Shown here: piece after piece, positions 1-11,703 of the stretch
Layout: the number at the start of each line of letters is the position of its first letter
How positions within the stretch are numbered: the first letter of the stretch is position 1
Source: TPA_inf: Saccharomyces
Taxonomy: Eukaryota
Reading direction: 5' to 3'
Length of the DNA stretch: 64,000 bases
Assembly: GCA_000146045.2 (NCBI GenBank)
Contig: BK006935.2
Coordinates: 160,001 to 224,000 of the forward strand
Translations under genes and position numbers: made by a program
Notes under the pieces: model-generated
What the model was told of the DNA's origin: nothing
What the model saw: the letters and a program-made list of their open reading frames with translations, nothing else
Database searches by the model: none

Positions 1-89
1 CCGAAAAAAAAGCTCTTCTAAACTGTTGACATCCAGTTCATTTACTTCCACGTGTAGATGTGAAGGAACAAATATTTTAGCATCGTTCA

Positions 90-237
90 TACAAGTAATT
101 ATGCTATATTATCGATCCTCGGATTTCAGCTTCCGTTATATCGGATGATTGTTACTCGACCTTTATGTCGTCTTTTTACATCATATATGATAATATGCTA
201 GCAGTTTTAATACAAATTGATCGAAGATAGTTGGTTC
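90..237 (-). repeat. Truncated, diverged solo delta (Ty1/Ty2 LTR) fragment directly abutting the 3' terminus of the Ty1 element
   Basis: About 75% similarity by eye to the reverse complement of the delta internal/U5-proximal portion (…gatcct…tttcagcttcc…catcatatatgataatatgctag…gatagttggttc). It lacks the TGAGA terminus. It is immediately followed at 238 by the intact Ty1 LTR terminus. Confidence 0.45.
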
Positions 238-574
238 TGAGAAATGGGTGAATGTTGAGATAATTGTTGGGATTCCATTGTTGATAAAGGCTATAATATT
301 AGGTATACAGAATATACTAGAAGTTCTCCTCGAGGATATAGGAATCCTCAAAATGGAATCTATATTTCTACATACTAATATTACGATTATTCCTCATTCC
401 GTTTTATATGTTTATATTCATTGATCCTATTACATTATCAATCCTTGCGTTTCAGCTTCCACTAATTTAGATGACTATTTCTCATCATTTGCGTCATCTT
501 CTAACACCGTATATGATAATATACTAGTAATGTAAATACTAGTTAGTAGATGATAGTTGATTTCTATTCCAACA
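238..574 (-). repeat. Ty1 3' LTR (delta), reverse-complement orientation
   Basis: A 337-bp copy of the delta sequence. It starts with tgagaaatgggtgaatgttgagataattgttggg and ends with gatagttgatttctattccaaca. The TYB stop codon (cta at 597-599) lies 23 bp inside. Confidence 0.9.
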
Positions 575-596
575 TACCACCCATAATGTAATAGAT

Positions 597-3500
597 CTAA
601 TGAATCCATTTGTTAGTTAATAGTTTAAATGTTTTTATCGGAAGAGGTTTTGTCATCACATCAGCAATGTTCTTCTTGGTCTCGATGTAGTATACGTATA
701 AATTATTACCTGATACTTCATCTCTAAGTCTCATTGCCTTTGTGCCAAAAAATCTGTTTCTAAATTTCTCTTCATTTGTAGACTTAATTATACTGATCGT
801 TGATCTACTATCAGTAAGTAAGCCTTTAATAATTGGTTTCTTGTTAAGTTCTTGTATCAGGTAACTTAGATTATTTAATAATGGGACAGATTCACTTATC
901 GCGTGTATTTCTGCTTCCGTAGTTGAAGTACATGTTAATGAAGCCTTGGTGGACTTTCCTCCAATTACCTTTCCATTAAGTAAATATATGTTGCCAATTT
1001 GTGATTTATAATACGGTTGGTTGCCATACGAAGCATCACTTATTGCGACTAGTTTATTATCTGGCTCGGTAGGTTTGTTTTTGTGCCATATCAGTTGTTT
1101 ATCTCTAGTGTCCCACATGAATTGTATCAACTCATATGTCATGTCTAAAACTTGCCTAGAGGGGAATAGTATATGTTGAGCAAGTGTGTTGATGTAGTAT
1201 AGTAAGTCAAATCTAAATTTATATCCAACATATGAAGCTAGACCAATCAACTTTTGCATTTCATGTACCTTCTCTTTGTATTCATCTTCATCTATTTCTA
1301 GTTCATCCTGGTCTATATAAAGACCTGGTTGACCTGGAGCTCTAAGTTTCTTTCCTTTTGGGTTCAAAGGTACGTTTAGTTTGGGTAATTTTTCTGTCAA
1401 GGATTTTTCCATACCTAATTTCATGTATTTACCTCTTTGATATTTGATTTCTAAGCCAAGTATGTCGTACTGAATTTCGTTATCACTTTCACCCAGATTT
1501 ATTATCTTTGTATCGTATTGTTTCTTGAGTGTTGTTATGATTTTCTTATTTGCATTTAAGTCTTTGCTGAACAATATCATATCATCAACGAATAAGCAAA
1601 TTGTTACTTGACTATTCTTAAATACGCATGACCATCCACGAACTTCTTCCATACCACACTGTTTTATCAGGTATGATTTGATAGTTTCGTACCAGTTCGC
1701 TCCACTTTGTTTCAATCCATAAAGTGATTTCTTCAAACGTATCAACTTATCATTCATTCCTAAATGTGGTGGAGGTCTTATGTATAATTCTTCTTTGATG
1801 TCTGCATACAAATATGCCGAAGATATGTCTAATTGTGTAATATAGTAGTTATTGTCTAATGCAAGTGACAGGGATGTCATCAACGCATAATGATGTACAG
1901 TGTTGGATTGCATACCTGTATCGTACGTATCAGGATGCTGAATGTCACCTCTTGCAACAAATCTAGCTTTATGAGTTCCGTCACGTTTCTTGTTGAAGAT
2001 AAACATTGAGTTTATTACTCTTTTAGGGTCTATTTCTTTTCTGTCATAATATTTGTCAGTGTCCCAAGTATTCATTTTCAATAGTTGGTTGACTTCTTTG
2101 TGGTATGCCTCGATATATTTTTCTTTTTCTTTAATATCTTTATTATAGGTGATTGCCTCATCGTATCGTAAGGTTGTCCGTATTGGTTTGATTGATTTTA
2201 CTGCTTTTACAGCTGCAATCAGGTGAATTCGTTTCTTCGATCTCGGAGGTTCTAAACTACGCATATTCTTAGTATTCCATGTGTCTCGTGATACCTTAAT
2301 TTCAGTTTCATTATCTTCTAATGATCTTTTCTTACTGTTGATAGTAGTATAGGCATTAGAGTCACCAATACCACCCAAACTGGAATTAGTTTGATGAGAA
2401 TTTATCGGTGGGAGTTCTTTAAATGGGTCAGGGAATTCGGTAGGAGATTCTGGAGGTAGATCAGGGAGTGGGAGATCAGCGATGATAGATTCCTCGGTAT
2501 TCTGTTCAGAAACAGTAGTTGGCGTTTTGATAGGAACAATATTGTGCGATGAATTATTTTCCGGTGGAGAAGCATCGATTGAAGGTGAACGGTGTATAAT
2601 CCTTTTCTCAGTCTCTTGGTCACTTATCTGCGGAACAGTTTTGTTGTTGGTACCACCCGTACTGGATATTGGTACGTTTGTATGATTAGTCTCATTTTCA
2701 CTGTACGAGTCTGAGTGTCTGAAATCTTTAGATTTACTGGCGTGCGACGACTCATGTGTGTTAGATTGGGACATGGGAGCAAGTAAAGGAACATTTAATT
2801 TATGCATACCACCCGAACCGGTACTCTCGATATTGGAAATTTGGGGGGTGCTAGATCTCTTCTTTGATGGAAGAATATTAGATTCAGATATGTTGGGGTC
2901 AACTTCTCTGGGTGCGCGAATATTGGTTTTAGAAACACGTTTCGAATCTTCAGTATGAGTTGACGGAGGTGTGGAATCGGTTGGACTCACAGCTTTTGAA
3001 AGGACATTTCTCGGTTGCTCAGGATGTAGTTCAATGTCGGATTGGAAGTCATGGTCAGATTCTATGTTAAGATCATTGGATTCTTGGATCTCATTTGACG
3101 CAATGAACGAATGATATGAAGCAGTTAAACGGTTTAAGTCTTCATCGAAAGTGAGTGCGTCGTAATTGAATTGATCTAATCTGGATTCCTTGCCCTGAAG
3201 AATAACATAGTTAGTTGTATCTACTGTCTTCTTTAAGGATGGAAGATAGATGATATATCCATAAGAGTTTCGAGACGGATGTAGAGCGTAGCCTGGGATG
3301 CCACGAGGATGTATTTTGGAGTTAGGGTTGTGATCATTGACGATAACAGGTTGACCGAAAGGTAACAAAGTACTGATATCAAGTCCTGCCAAGCCAGCAT
3401 GTTGTCTTGCAGATTTTTTGCTTTTAGGTGAAGCTAGTGAATTTCTCACAATAGTAGAAAATTCGATTGCAGAGAACCATAAATGGTTCGGTAAACCACT

Positions 3501-4187
3501 ACATTGCAGTTGAGTACGGCAGTCATCTAATAAGGTACGGTTTAGCCGTTCAGCGACTCCATGTGCTCGGGAATCCGCTGTGGTTGTATAGCATGGAGTT
3601 ATACCATTTTTTTCAAGGAATTTATGGAGAGTTCTGTTAGTATACTCAGAACCACGGTCCATTTGTATAACCAAGACACTGGCCTGAAACTGGTTTTTAA
3701 TAAAAGCTAGTATCGTAGTAAAAACATCGAGGATAGAGTCCTCGCGACGGTCGTGTAATGGATAAACCCAACGCAATTTTGTTGTCTCATCAGTAAATGA
3801 GATGAAATAGGATGGTGCACTTTTTGGTAGGTTGTGAACTGGACCAAATATGTCAGTATGTAGGTATTGAAAGGGTTCGTATGAATTTTGGTATTTTAGT
3901 CGTGAACCTTTGATATGTCTGTGTTTGGTGCTTTTGCCGATTAAACAATCAGGACATTGATAGTCAATAGCACTAGACCAGTCGACATCTGATTCGTTAA
4001 AATACGTGATGGTGTTATTTTTAAGTGAGTATCGAATTTGTCTGTGCATTGGCATGCGCAAGCATTCGATGAATGAAAGGATAAGGATATTTGCGTGTAC
4101 TTTCACTTGTATGGACATTATTGATGGTGGGTACGGAGATATTTGATGGAAGCAAGTACTTTTTAGATACCCAGTAAAAGTCTCCAT
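597..4187 (-). CDS. YAR009C: Ty1 TYB (Pol) truncated reading frame of 1196 aa: protease C-terminus, integrase, reverse transcriptase and RNase H. Disconnected from TYA by a frameshift mutation
   Basis: The ORF translation contains the integrase zinc finger (HRHIKGS…[10 protein letters not shown]), the integrase DDE region, the RT YVDDM-like motif ([12 protein letters not shown]) and an RNase H C-terminus, all typical of Ty1/copia Pol. Its first Met is internal to the Pol frame. Confidence 0.9.
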
Positions 4188-4560
4188 ATTTTACGATAGG
4201 TGCAAGTACAGTGCCGTCAGACCGTTCTAAGACGTTTTTGGTAAAGCATGCTGTGATATCTACTGCAGCCAATTCATTCAAACTGAGTAAGTCATAGGCT
4301 ATGTTAGGAGTGTGCAATACCTTTATTGATGTTTTGGTGTTGTCCTGGAAGTGAAATTGTAGGTCACCAATAGCGTTAATTGGTATATTTCTTTTTTGAG
4401 CATCAACTACGTTTATGTCAGGATTAGATGATGCTGAGTGTATGTGATGAGCAGATCTTATAAGGGTTCGTGATGCTCCTGAATCGAGAAGGAGGTGTCC
4501 AGGGAGTTCATCATCAGAATGATTAGTATGATTTACTGTAGATTCAGTAAGTTTCTGGCC
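4021..4560 (-). pseudogene. Upstream part of TYB (protease N-terminal region), now in a different frame from the rest of Pol because of a 1-nt insertion near 4037-4039
   Basis: The 4021-4317 ORF ends …[22 protein letters not shown]. The canonical Ty1 Pol continues [12 protein letters not shown], and that continuation is found in the 597-4187 frame (…[18 protein letters not shown]). The minus-strand sequence reads gcacagacAAAttcgatac where Ty1 has acAAttcg, so one extra A (T on the plus strand) breaks the Gag-Pol fusion frame. Confidence 0.7.
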
Positions 4561-5866
4561 TAAGATGAAGGTCGTGCTTATTGTTCAATTGAATCGGTTC
4601 AGTAGTTGATTTACTGATGGAATCGTTGTCCGTGCTGGGAGAGTTATTAGATGTGGATACATTGTGAGCCCTGGCTGTTTTCGATTTCGAATTATTTGTT
4701 TTTTGAGGATTCCGAGCTATAACTTTGGGTTTGGTTGTATTCGTATAGCTGCGAGAATCATTCTTCTCATCACTCGGATTTCTCCTGTAATTAGGTTTAC
4801 TGTTTCTCGATCCCTGTTGTTCTTCATAAATAGCATGGATATCTAAGAACAGTTCAGCGACTGTCATATTTAGATGTCGATGACGTGTGTAGCGTAAAAA
4901 TTTATATTCGCCAGATAGACCTCTCATAATTAATTGGCATGCGACCTTGTTATTGATATGAATGCCATTATTGTTCAGTCTGTCGATAATGTTTGTGACT
5001 TTTGTTTCAAATGCATCTGCAGGTGTACTGCCATTATATTGCAAATTTGCCAGGGTCACAATGTCGTTTGCCTCTTGGGTATCAGATTGCATTTTTTCAA
5101 TACTTTTGGAAAGAATTTTCATGATATCCGTATAATCAACGGATAGGATGTCTTTGACCCAGGTAGGTAGGAATTGAGAGGGAGCAAATATTTGAAAAGT
5201 GTTATACAAGAAGGTGAGTTCATCATCAGTGATCTGACGTACGGGTTTTCCGTTTACTGTCGGAATAATACCACCGAGATTCGAGTTTTGTAAAAATTTG
5301 ATGTATGTTTTAACCCAATTTGGAAAGTCATTAGGTGAGGTTAACATTGGTGGTGGTCTGACATATTTTTTAGTGGATGTCATATCAGAGTCCGCTGAGG
5401 ATGAATCAGTAAATGTATTACCTGACTCAGGTGATGGAGTGCTCAGAGGCGTTCCAACTGATGATGGATACTGCGGAAACTGTGATTGTGGCCCAGGTGG
5501 AAAGTACATAGGCGACATTTGATAAGGTGTATACGGAATCATAGATGGGTGTCCGTAAAATGACCAACCAGATGGATTGGCTTGGTTTTGGGTCATCATG
5601 CACTGCTGTGGGTACGGCCCATTCTGTGGTGAATGTGACTGAGCAGTTTGAGGAGAGGCATGATGGGGGTTCTCTGGAACAGCTGATGAAGCAGGTGTTG
5701 TTGTCTGTTGAGAGTTAGCCTTAGTGGAAGCCTTCTCACATTCTTCTGTTTTGGAAGCTGAAACGTCTAACGGATCTTGATTTGTGTGGACTTCCTTAGA
5801 AGTAACCGAAGCACAGGCGCTACCATGAGAAATGGGTGAATGTTGAGATAATTGTTGGGATTCCAT
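4544..5866 (-). CDS. YAR010C: Ty1 TYA (Gag capsid protein), 440 aa; the start codon lies inside the 5' LTR as usual
   Basis: The ORF translation [39 protein letters not shown]…LHLRPETY* is Ty1 Gag, which is 440 aa (Ty2 Gag is 438 aa with a different sequence). The ATG is at 5864-5866 within the LTR. Confidence 0.95.
4558..4564 (-). promoter_or_regulatory. Ty1 +1 programmed ribosomal frameshift heptamer CUU-AGG-C at the TYA/TYB overlap
   Basis: The plus-strand gcctaag is the reverse complement of cttaggc. It sits in the last codons of TYA (…L-R-P-E-T-Y-stop), exactly where Ty1 frameshifting occurs. Confidence 0.8.
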
Positions 5867-6162
5867 TGTTGATAAAGGCTATAATATTAGGTATACAGAA
5901 TATACTAGAAGTTCTCCTCGAGGATATAGGAATCCTCAAAATGGAATCTATATTTCTACATACTAATATTACGATTATTCCTCATTCCGTTTTATATGTT
6001 TATATTCATTGATCCTATTACATTATCAATCCTTGCGTTTCAGCTTCCACTAATTTAGATGACTATTTCTCATCATTTGCGTCATCTTCTAACACCGTAT
6101 ATGATAATATACTAGTAATGTAAATACTAGTTAGTAGATGATAGTTGATTTCTATTCCAACA
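5826..6162 (-). repeat. Ty1 5' LTR (delta), reverse-complement orientation
   Basis: Essentially identical to the 238-574 copy and contains the TYA start codon. Confidence 0.9.
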
Positions 6163-6266
6163 GGTTCTTATTTTCAACAATGTAATTGATGGCCTTAAAT
6201 CTCTACTACATCATAAAGCTTCTAAGCACTTACCATTCCTTCATAAGTCTAGTATTGTAATGAGTT

Positions 6267-6339
6267 GGGCACATGGCGCAGTTGGTAGCGCGCTTCCCTT
6301 GCAAGGAAGAGGTCATCGGTTCGATTCCGGTTGCGTCCA
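6267..6339 (+). tRNA. tA(UGC)A: tRNA-Ala (anticodon UGC), 73 nt, no intron
   Basis: GGGCACATGGCGCAGTTGGTAGCGCGCTTCCCTTGCAAGGAAGAGGTCATCGGTTCGATTCCGGTTGCGTCCA. It has the G3:U70 alanine identity pair, an anticodon loop CTTGCAA, a T-loop GGTTCGATTCC, and an oligo-T terminator (attttttt) just downstream. The Ty1 5' end lies about 100 bp upstream, a typical Ty1 target window. Confidence 0.9.
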
Positions 6340-6741
6340 AATTTTTTTGTTAATCCAACACAATTGAATTCGTGAATAGCTGACTGTCATCAGTAATGTT
6401 CGTGGAAAGTACCTATCCATACTGTTGTATCACGACTAAGTAGTTGTCGACTACTACCTCCTCAACCCCAGTTATATCCCTATGACACATTGGAGGATGC
6501 TGAATAATGACAGAATTTTATTCCTCCTTTTCATTATCATAATCTGAAGCAAAGTTAAAAAATAGAAGAAGTAAGATAAACTTTGTAGATACGATATATA
6601 GTTGTTTGTTTTAGCTATCATATATGCTGAACTGTTACTACCTTATTTTTTCCGAAATGTTTCTAAAACAAATAAATATTCATGAATATGATGCAAGTTC
6701 GTTGGATGAGAAAAAGACCAGGCTTTATTGTAAGGACAATA

Positions 6742-8871
6742 TCATTTACGAATAATTTCATCCAATTGTTTCATCAACACATCCATTCTGTCAAAAACTG
6801 GAGCATAGAGATGTTGAACCAAAGAATTGGGCTTCGAAGCCGGATCGGACATATTGGTATTAGACAATGCCCTTGATCCGGAAAGTGAACTATTTATGCT
6901 TGCTGATGATACCGCCCTTTGTTCATCCATATAAAAATCTTCTTCAGATGATGAGTGTAACGATAAGGTTGATTGCTTTTCTTCTTCGGGGGTACTGTGA
7001 TGTTTTTCTAGCTCCTCTTTAGGTTGTTCTGCGTCAGTTTGATTTGCCATTCCTCCACTAGACCCCAAGCTGGCTTGAATTTGCCCCTCTGTGTTTTCCA
7101 CGTTTGTTGTCTCTTCAATTTTCGATTTTGCATGAATATATTGTGAAATGTCCTTTATTGCTCTAGATGATGGAATACTGCTGCTTTCTTCAACTATTGG
7201 AGTGGATGGTGATTCGTTTGTCCATTCTGACGACGACGGTGAAAACTCGCCAATTGTTGAAAGGGAATTTTGAGAGTCTGATTTTGCCATACCATTCGCA
7301 AATGGCATACGAGGCGCTTCAAATACTTTTTTCAGATCGGTATCGTAATCACTGTCAACCGGTTCAGACTTTTCTTGCCCCACATACCGATTTGCATTAT
7401 AATCATCTTCTCTGTCTTTACTCGATGATGTCTTAGGCTCACTTTCGTTTTTGTTGTCTTGTCTCCGAACTTTTTTCACATTTAGTGGTGTATTCAAAGA
7501 TGTACTAAAGGAGACGTCGCTCACTACATCGCTCGTATCATCATCCTGGAATTTGCCAAAATTTAACTTCGCTTCAGTGTATTCGTCCCGGTGCGTTACT
7601 TTTGTTTCCTTGTCGTTATCAACATCATCGTCGTACGACTGTCCATTGCCTTCACCGCCATCATCGTTACTATCTAACGAGGTATCTTCAATTGCATCAT
7701 CTATAAACCTGTCTGCATAACCGACAACATCATTGAAACTAACAGATTTGTTCCCCTTACCATATCCATTCAGTGCAGGTGTCGGAATTATACTCTCTGC
7801 ATCACTTTGATTCTTGTTACCAGAGCTGATGGAATCATCTTTCGAATCGGAGGAAGCAACCGATTGAGAAGACATGTTTTCATTTTTCCAGCAATTCAAT
7901 CGAGCTAGTCTTTCTGGAAAGGTTTCTAGAATTTCCGCTGGCGCAAACCCGATTTTACCATCAGTGATCCTCTTAACCAGCCACCAATAGGCATCCTGGT
8001 CATTCAAAAGTATACAAGGTTCGTCTTGCCCTAATTGACAATGTGAAGAATCATGGCCATTGAACGCATATAAAGCATATAGTTTATCAGGGTCCAGTTC
8101 TCTTGGCGGCGATAAGGGTTGGTAATCGTCGTTTTCCTCCTCCAAATCGTCTTTCTCCCCTTGAAACCCTGAATCTTGAAATTTTCTGTCAAAGTCATCG
8201 TCATCAGAGTAGTTTTCCTCTTCATCCTCGTCCTCCGAGATGGCGTATTTCAAGCCATCACTAAAATCGTCAACGTCAGGGTTCATTGTATTATTCACTG
8301 AAAAATGCACCTCATCCTTATCGGCGCTATCCACGGAATCAGTTTCGATCTCTTGTAGCCTTCTTTCCAAATTGTCCTCAAATTCAGAATCCGAATAATC
8401 ATATGAGTCGGGCAATTCCGAAGAATTTTCTTTGTAATGTCGCTGATCCCTTTTACTGTTGCTATGCATATGTTTTTCCACGTTCTCCTCCTCTAACTCT
8501 TTGTCATCATCTCTATTTCGCAGAACATCATGGCCCTTTTCTGCCGCATTACTCAGTATATTAAGTTTCGAATTGAAGGGCGAACTCTTATTCGAAGTCG
8601 GAGTCACCACAACACTTCCGCCCATACTCTCCGAATCCTCGTTTCCTAAAGTAAGTTTACTTCCACTTGTAGGCCTATTATTAATGATATCTGAATAATC
8701 CTCTATTAGGGTTGGATCATTCAGTAGCGCGTGCGATTGAAAGGAGTCCATGCCCGACGTCGACGTGATTAGCGAAGGCGCGTAACCATTGTCATGTCTA
8801 GCAGCTATAGAACTAACCTCCTTGACACCACTTGCGGAAGTCTCATCAACATGCTCTTCCTTATTACTCAT
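6742..8871 (-). CDS. BUD14: Bud14, an SH3-domain regulator of Glc7 phosphatase and bud-site selection, 709 aa
   Basis: A 709-aa ORF. It contains an SH3 domain (ALYAFNGHDSSHCQLGQDEPCILLNDQDAYWWLVKRITDGKIGFAPAEILETF) and long acidic/Ser-rich low-complexity regions. Its position between YARCTy1-1/tA(UGC) and ADE1 matches the chromosome I gene order. Confidence 0.85.
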   Translation of the reverse strand: MSNKEEHVDETSASGVKEVSSIAARHDNGYAPSLITSTSGMDSFQSHALLNDPTLIEDYSDIINNRPTSGSKLTLGNEDSESMGGSVVVTPTSNKSSPFNSKLNILSNAAEKGHDVLRNRDDDKELEEENVEKHMHSNSKRDQRHYKENSSELPDSYDYSDSEFEDNLERRLQEIETDSVDSADKDEVHFSVNNTMNPDVDDFSDGLKYAISEDEDEEENYSDDDDFDRKFQDSGFQGEKDDLEEENDDYQPLSPPRELDPDKLYALYAFNGHDSSHCQLGQDEPCILLNDQDAYWWLVKRITDGKIGFAPAEILETFPERLARLNCWKNENMSSQSVASSDSKDDSISSGNKNQSDAESIIPTPALNGYGKGNKSVSFNDVVGYADRFIDDAIEDTSLDSNDDGGEGNGQSYDDDVDNDKETKVTHRDEYTEAKLNFGKFQDDDTSDVVSDVSFSTSLNTPLNVKKVRRQDNKNESEPKTSSSKDREDDYNANRYVGQEKSEPVDSDYDTDLKKVFEAPRMPFANGMAKSDSQNSLSTIGEFSPSSSEWTNESPSTPIVEESSSIPSSRAIKDISQYIHAKSKIEETTNVENTEGQIQASLGSSGGMANQTDAEQPKEELEKHHSTPEEEKQSTLSLHSSSEEDFYMDEQRAVSSASINSSLSGSRALSNTNMSDPASKPNSLVQHLYAPVFDRMDVLMKQLDEIIRK

Positions 8872-9148
8872 TCTCTTACCAAGCAGAGAATGTTATCTAA
8901 AAACTACGTGTATTTCACCTCTTTCTCGACTTGAACACGTCCAACTCCTTAAGTACTACCACAGCCAGGAAAGAATGGATCCAGTTCTACACGATAGCAA
9001 AGCAGAAAACACAACCAGCGTACCCCTGTAGAAGCTTCTTTGTTTACAGCACTTGATCCATGTAGCCATACTCGAAATTTCAACTCATCTGAAACTTTTC
9101 CTGAAGGTTGAAAAAGAATGCCATAAGGGTCACCCGAAGCTTATTCAC

Positions 9149-9163
9149 GAGTCAGTCTGACTC
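9149..9163. promoter_or_regulatory. Inverted pair of TGACTC (Gcn4/Bas1-type) motifs in the ADE1 promoter, about 215 bp upstream of the ATG; a TATATATATATATA box follows at 9229-9243
   Basis: gagtca at 9149-9154 and tgactc at 9158-9163. Purine-biosynthesis genes are co-regulated through TGACTC elements bound by Bas1/Pho2 and Gcn4 (established knowledge). Confidence 0.5.
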
Positions 9164-9374
9164 TTGCGAGAGATGAGGATGTAATAATACTAATCTCGAA
9201 GATGCCATCTAATACATATAGACATACATATATATATATATACATTCTATATATTCTTACCCAGATTCTTTGAGGTAAGACGGTTGGGTTTTATCTTTTG
9301 CAGTTGGTACTATTAAGAACAATCGAATCATAAGCATTGCTTACAAAGAATACACATACGAAATATTAACGATA

Positions 9375-10295
9375 ATGTCAATTACGAAGACTGAACTGGA
9401 CGGTATATTGCCATTGGTGGCCAGAGGTAAAGTTAGAGACATATATGAGGTAGACGCTGGTACGTTGCTGTTTGTTGCTACGGATCGTATCTCTGCATAT
9501 GACGTTATTATGGAAAACAGCATTCCTGAAAAGGGGATCCTATTGACCAAACTGTCAGAGTTCTGGTTCAAGTTCCTGTCCAACGATGTTCGTAATCATT
9601 TGGTCGACATCGCCCCAGGTAAGACTATTTTCGATTATCTACCTGCAAAATTGAGCGAACCAAAGTACAAAACGCAACTAGAAGACCGCTCTCTATTGGT
9701 TCACAAACATAAACTAATTCCATTGGAAGTAATTGTCAGAGGCTACATCACCGGATCTGCTTGGAAAGAGTACGTAAAAACAGGTACTGTGCATGGTTTG
9801 AAACAACCTCAAGGACTTAAAGAATCTCAAGAGTTCCCAGAACCAATCTTCACCCCATCGACCAAGGCTGAACAAGGTGAACATGACGAAAACATCTCTC
9901 CTGCCCAGGCCGCTGAGCTGGTGGGTGAAGATTTGTCACGTAGAGTGGCAGAACTGGCTGTAAAACTGTACTCCAAGTGCAAAGATTATGCTAAGGAGAA
10001 GGGCATCATCATCGCAGACACTAAATTCGAATTCGGTATTGACGAAAAGACCAATGAAATTATTCTAGTGGACGAGGTGCTAACGCCAGACTCCTCTAGA
10101 TTCTGGAACGGTGCCTCTTATAAGGTAGGAGAATCCCAAGATTCTTACGATAAGCAATTTTTAAGAGACTGGCTTACTGCTAATAAGTTGAACGGTGTTA
10201 ACGGCGTCAAAATGCCCCAAGACATTGTCGACAGGACAAGGGCCAAATATATAGAGGCTTATGAAACATTGACAGGGTCTAAATGGTCTCACTAA
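9375..10295 (+). CDS. ADE1: Phosphoribosylaminoimidazole-succinocarboxamide (SAICAR) synthetase, 306 aa
   Basis: A 306-aa ORF, MSITKTELDGILPLVARGKVRDIYEVD…, with a clear SAICAR synthetase fold signature (GKVRDIY, LIPLEVIVRGYITGS). It matches S. cerevisiae Ade1. Confidence 0.95.
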   Translation: MSITKTELDGILPLVARGKVRDIYEVDAGTLLFVATDRISAYDVIMENSIPEKGILLTKLSEFWFKFLSNDVRNHLVDIAPGKTIFDYLPAKLSEPKYKTQLEDRSLLVHKHKLIPLEVIVRGYITGSAWKEYVKTGTVHGLKQPQGLKESQEFPEPIFTPSTKAEQGEHDENISPAQAAELVGEDLSRRVAELAVKLYSKCKDYAKEKGIIIADTKFEFGIDEKTNEIILVDEVLTPDSSRFWNGASYKVGESQDSYDKQFLRDWLTANKLNGVNGVKMPQDIVDRTRAKYIEAYETLTGSKWSH

Positions 10296-10395
10296 CGTGA
10301 TTTACATATACTACAAGTCGCCAGTGTAACTCCTCACTGAATATGATTCATACATACCCGTATGTATTAATGTATAAATGTTCTCAGAGCAAATT

Positions 10396-11703
10396 TTATC
10401 GATATCTTGTTTGCCAGTGGTATGCAGGTTTGGCAAATTTTTTACCATAATATCCGTTTATAGATTCTGGAACCTTACCAACTTTCTTACCGCTAATTAC
10501 TTCCCTGGCTCGCTCCTCCACTGCCTGGGTAAATTGTTCCTTCAACTGACTCAGTTCTCTTTCGTATTCAATAGCTTGCTTCTCGAGGATTTTTTCAATG
10601 TTTGTCAGCTCATTTTCATAGTCCAGTAACTTCCTTTCAAATCTCTCTAATTGCAACGACTTTCTTGCAGTTCGTATCTGAATATCTTGCAGTAATTCAA
10701 AAGTGGAAGGCCTGGTTCTTAAGTTCACATCTATCATTGAATGTATTATGGCATTAAGCCCTCTAGAGTAATACTCAGGGACGGTGTCACATTTCCCGTT
10801 TTTAATCTTAGTTTGTAGCTCGAGATAATTTTTTGCCTGAAATGGGGGGTGCAACGAACACATCTCAAAAATAACACAACCTAGTGACCAGATGTCGGAT
10901 AGTGGGGAGTATGGTTGGTCCATCAACACTTCAGGCGACATGTAATATGGTGTACCGACGTATGTTGTGGCAAATTGAATACTAGTTTCCAGAGATTTGG
11001 CTAACCCAAAATCACCTAACTTTACCACAACTTGACTATAGTCCATAGGGCTCCCCCTTTTCCCTGAATTCACTCTATGGTCTCTGTAATAATTACTATT
11101 CACTTCCTCGTGACCGTCTACTTGTTCATTAATATTGTAATCGCTATCATCATAGCTTAAGAATATATTTCCTGGTTTCAGATCACGATGGATAACGATG
11201 TTTTTGCCTTTTACCGGTGGTTTCATCCGGTCATATATTGTGGTCAAAGTTGGCAATTCAACACCATAATGACATTTATAGAGCGCAGTCAATAATTGGG
11301 CCAGGATACCCCACACAATTTTTTCTGGTATATATTTATGCTCCTGTTTGTAGTGCTTAATCATCTGGGATAAATCACCCCTGGAACAATATTCCATATA
11401 AAGGTATAACACTTCTTTTTGTTCATCGAAGTCCCAGTTATAAAATTCTACAATATTTTCATGCTTCAACTGCGATAGAATGCTACATTCAGCGATCAGC
11501 TGTTGTCTCTCTTTGCTATTCATATGGCCATATTTGATATCCTTTCTAACCAAAAGTTTCTTGGTAGGTATATGGATGACTTTTCGTACAGACCCAAATG
11601 AACCTCTCCCAATTTCTTCGAGAACTTGGTATTCTGACCTTGGTGGGTGTCCCTGCTGCTGCTGAGGACTACGGTATTCTTGGAAAAACTGTCGTCTATG
11701 CAT
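10396..11703 (-). CDS. KIN3: NIMA-related Ser/Thr protein kinase, 435 aa from the ATG at 11701-11703; an in-frame upstream ATG at 11733 would give 445 aa
   Basis: Kinase subdomains are present: [32 protein letters not shown] and PYYMSPE. A C-terminal coiled-coil is typical of NIMA/Nek kinases. Confidence 0.9.

Larger units (their letters stand above)
238..6162 (-). mobile_element. YARCTy1-1: Full-length Ty1 LTR retrotransposon (5925 bp) on the minus strand; TYB carries a frameshift, so the element is non-autonomous
   Basis: Two near-identical delta LTRs in reverse orientation, at 238-574 and 5826-6162, each with termini TGAGA…CCAACA. Between them lie the TYA (440 aa Gag) and TYB (PR-IN-RT-RNaseH) reading frames, with recognisable Ty1 Gag and Pol sequence. 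Confidence 0.95.

Noticed and set aside
2402-5522. Short ORFs inside and antisense to Ty1 TYB/TYA (2402-2623, 2482-2685, 2758-2958, 4664-4846, 4934-5146, 5298-5522).
   Set aside because: They are embedded in the well-defined Gag/Pol frames, have no homology, and their size is expected by chance.
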